Virus record (IMG/VR): IMGVR_UViG_3300008255_000206
Coordinates: 1 to 43,276 of that record
Length of the DNA stretch: 43,276 nt
Source of the DNA: a virus
Lineage: Duplodnaviria; Caudoviricetes
Direction: 5' to 3' (one strand)
Position numbers and translations under genes: made by a program. The notes under the pieces were generated by a model, which saw only the letters and a list, made by a program, of their open reading frames with translations, made no database searches and was not told the DNA's origin. Below, piece after piece: positions 42,739-43,276 of the stretch (positions within the stretch are counted from its first letter, which is position 1; each line of letters opens with the position of its first letter).

Positions 42739-43276
42739 TGGTCGGTGAAGTTCGTCCTAGCAATCGGCAGGTTCTTGCAGACAGCCCTCGTATTGTGCCG
42801 GGGGCATTCGGCGAAGGCTTGTCTGACTCTGTGCAACGTTTTGCAAACTCTGCCATGGACTACCGGCTTAGCGAAGACGAGATCCTCAACGCCCGGACTT
42901 CTCTGAAGATCGCGCACAAGCAACGGCAAGAAGCGCTGGATCGCTCCAGCACTCAGGTTGAAATCATTCGTGCACGAGCTCAGCTCACAAAAGACTTCGA
43001 AGAACTCCGTCGGTCACTTCCGCCAGACTATGCCGGCTTTACAGAACAGGTCGAGGCAAAAACGCGAGCAACCGTCGAGGAAATCAAGAAGAAAATTCCG
43101 GAAAATCTGCAAGCGGACTTTGCACCGGATCTCGAGATCTTTACACAAAACTTCATCTCGTCTTCTTACTTGACAGAAATTGAGCAAGGCGACGCAGAAT
43201 ACGCAAGAAAGCTGGACGAGCTCATTCAATTGGGCACCAATCAGGTTTTGTCCGGGGAAGACAACTATGCCAATTG
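42738..43276 (+). CDS. Internal virion protein, 3'-truncated
   Basis: ATG coupled to the previous stop; the frame runs off the end of the window. Confidence 0.6.
   Translation, partial: MVGEVRPSNRQVLADSPRIVPGAFGEGLSDSVQRFANSAMDYRLSEDEILNARTSLKIAHKQRQEALDRSSTQVEIIRARAQLTKDFEELRRSLPPDYAGFTEQVEAKTRATVEEIKKKIPENLQADFAPDLEIFTQNFISSSYLTEIEQGDAEYARKLDELIQLGTNQVLSGEDNYAN

Noticed and set aside
1-43276. Complete circular genome
   Set aside because: No terminal overlap. Joining the ends creates a TGA in the last ORF and leaves the first ORF without its N-terminus, so sequence is missing.

Overview
This window is most of the genome of a podovirus-type dsDNA phage with BPP-1/APSE-like head and tail genes. 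An alphaproteobacterial, possibly Rhodobacteraceae, host is inferred. Both ends fall inside internal-virion-protein genes, so the genome is incomplete. The plus strand carries terminase, portal, scaffold, capsid and tail-tube genes (31640-43276), then a tail fibre, lysis genes and extra spike genes (1-12187). The minus strand (12189-31221) carries early and replication genes. No RNA polymerase, integrase, primase or reverse transcriptase is recognisable. The main observations are: (1) a complete pseudoknotted type II hammerhead ribozyme in the early leader, next to a 5-codon minigene whose sequence can sequester the ribozyme core; (2) a family A DNA polymerase split inside its proofreading domain, with unusual active-site residues and coupled to an MCM-like ATPase with no visible primase; (3) a circularly permuted SGNH esterase inserted in the tail fibre; (4) a shared alternating-hydrophobic C-terminal tail on several early proteins; (5) a ~300-bp inverted-repeat/A13 element that may be an origin. 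All calls come from reading motifs by eye; no database searches were run.
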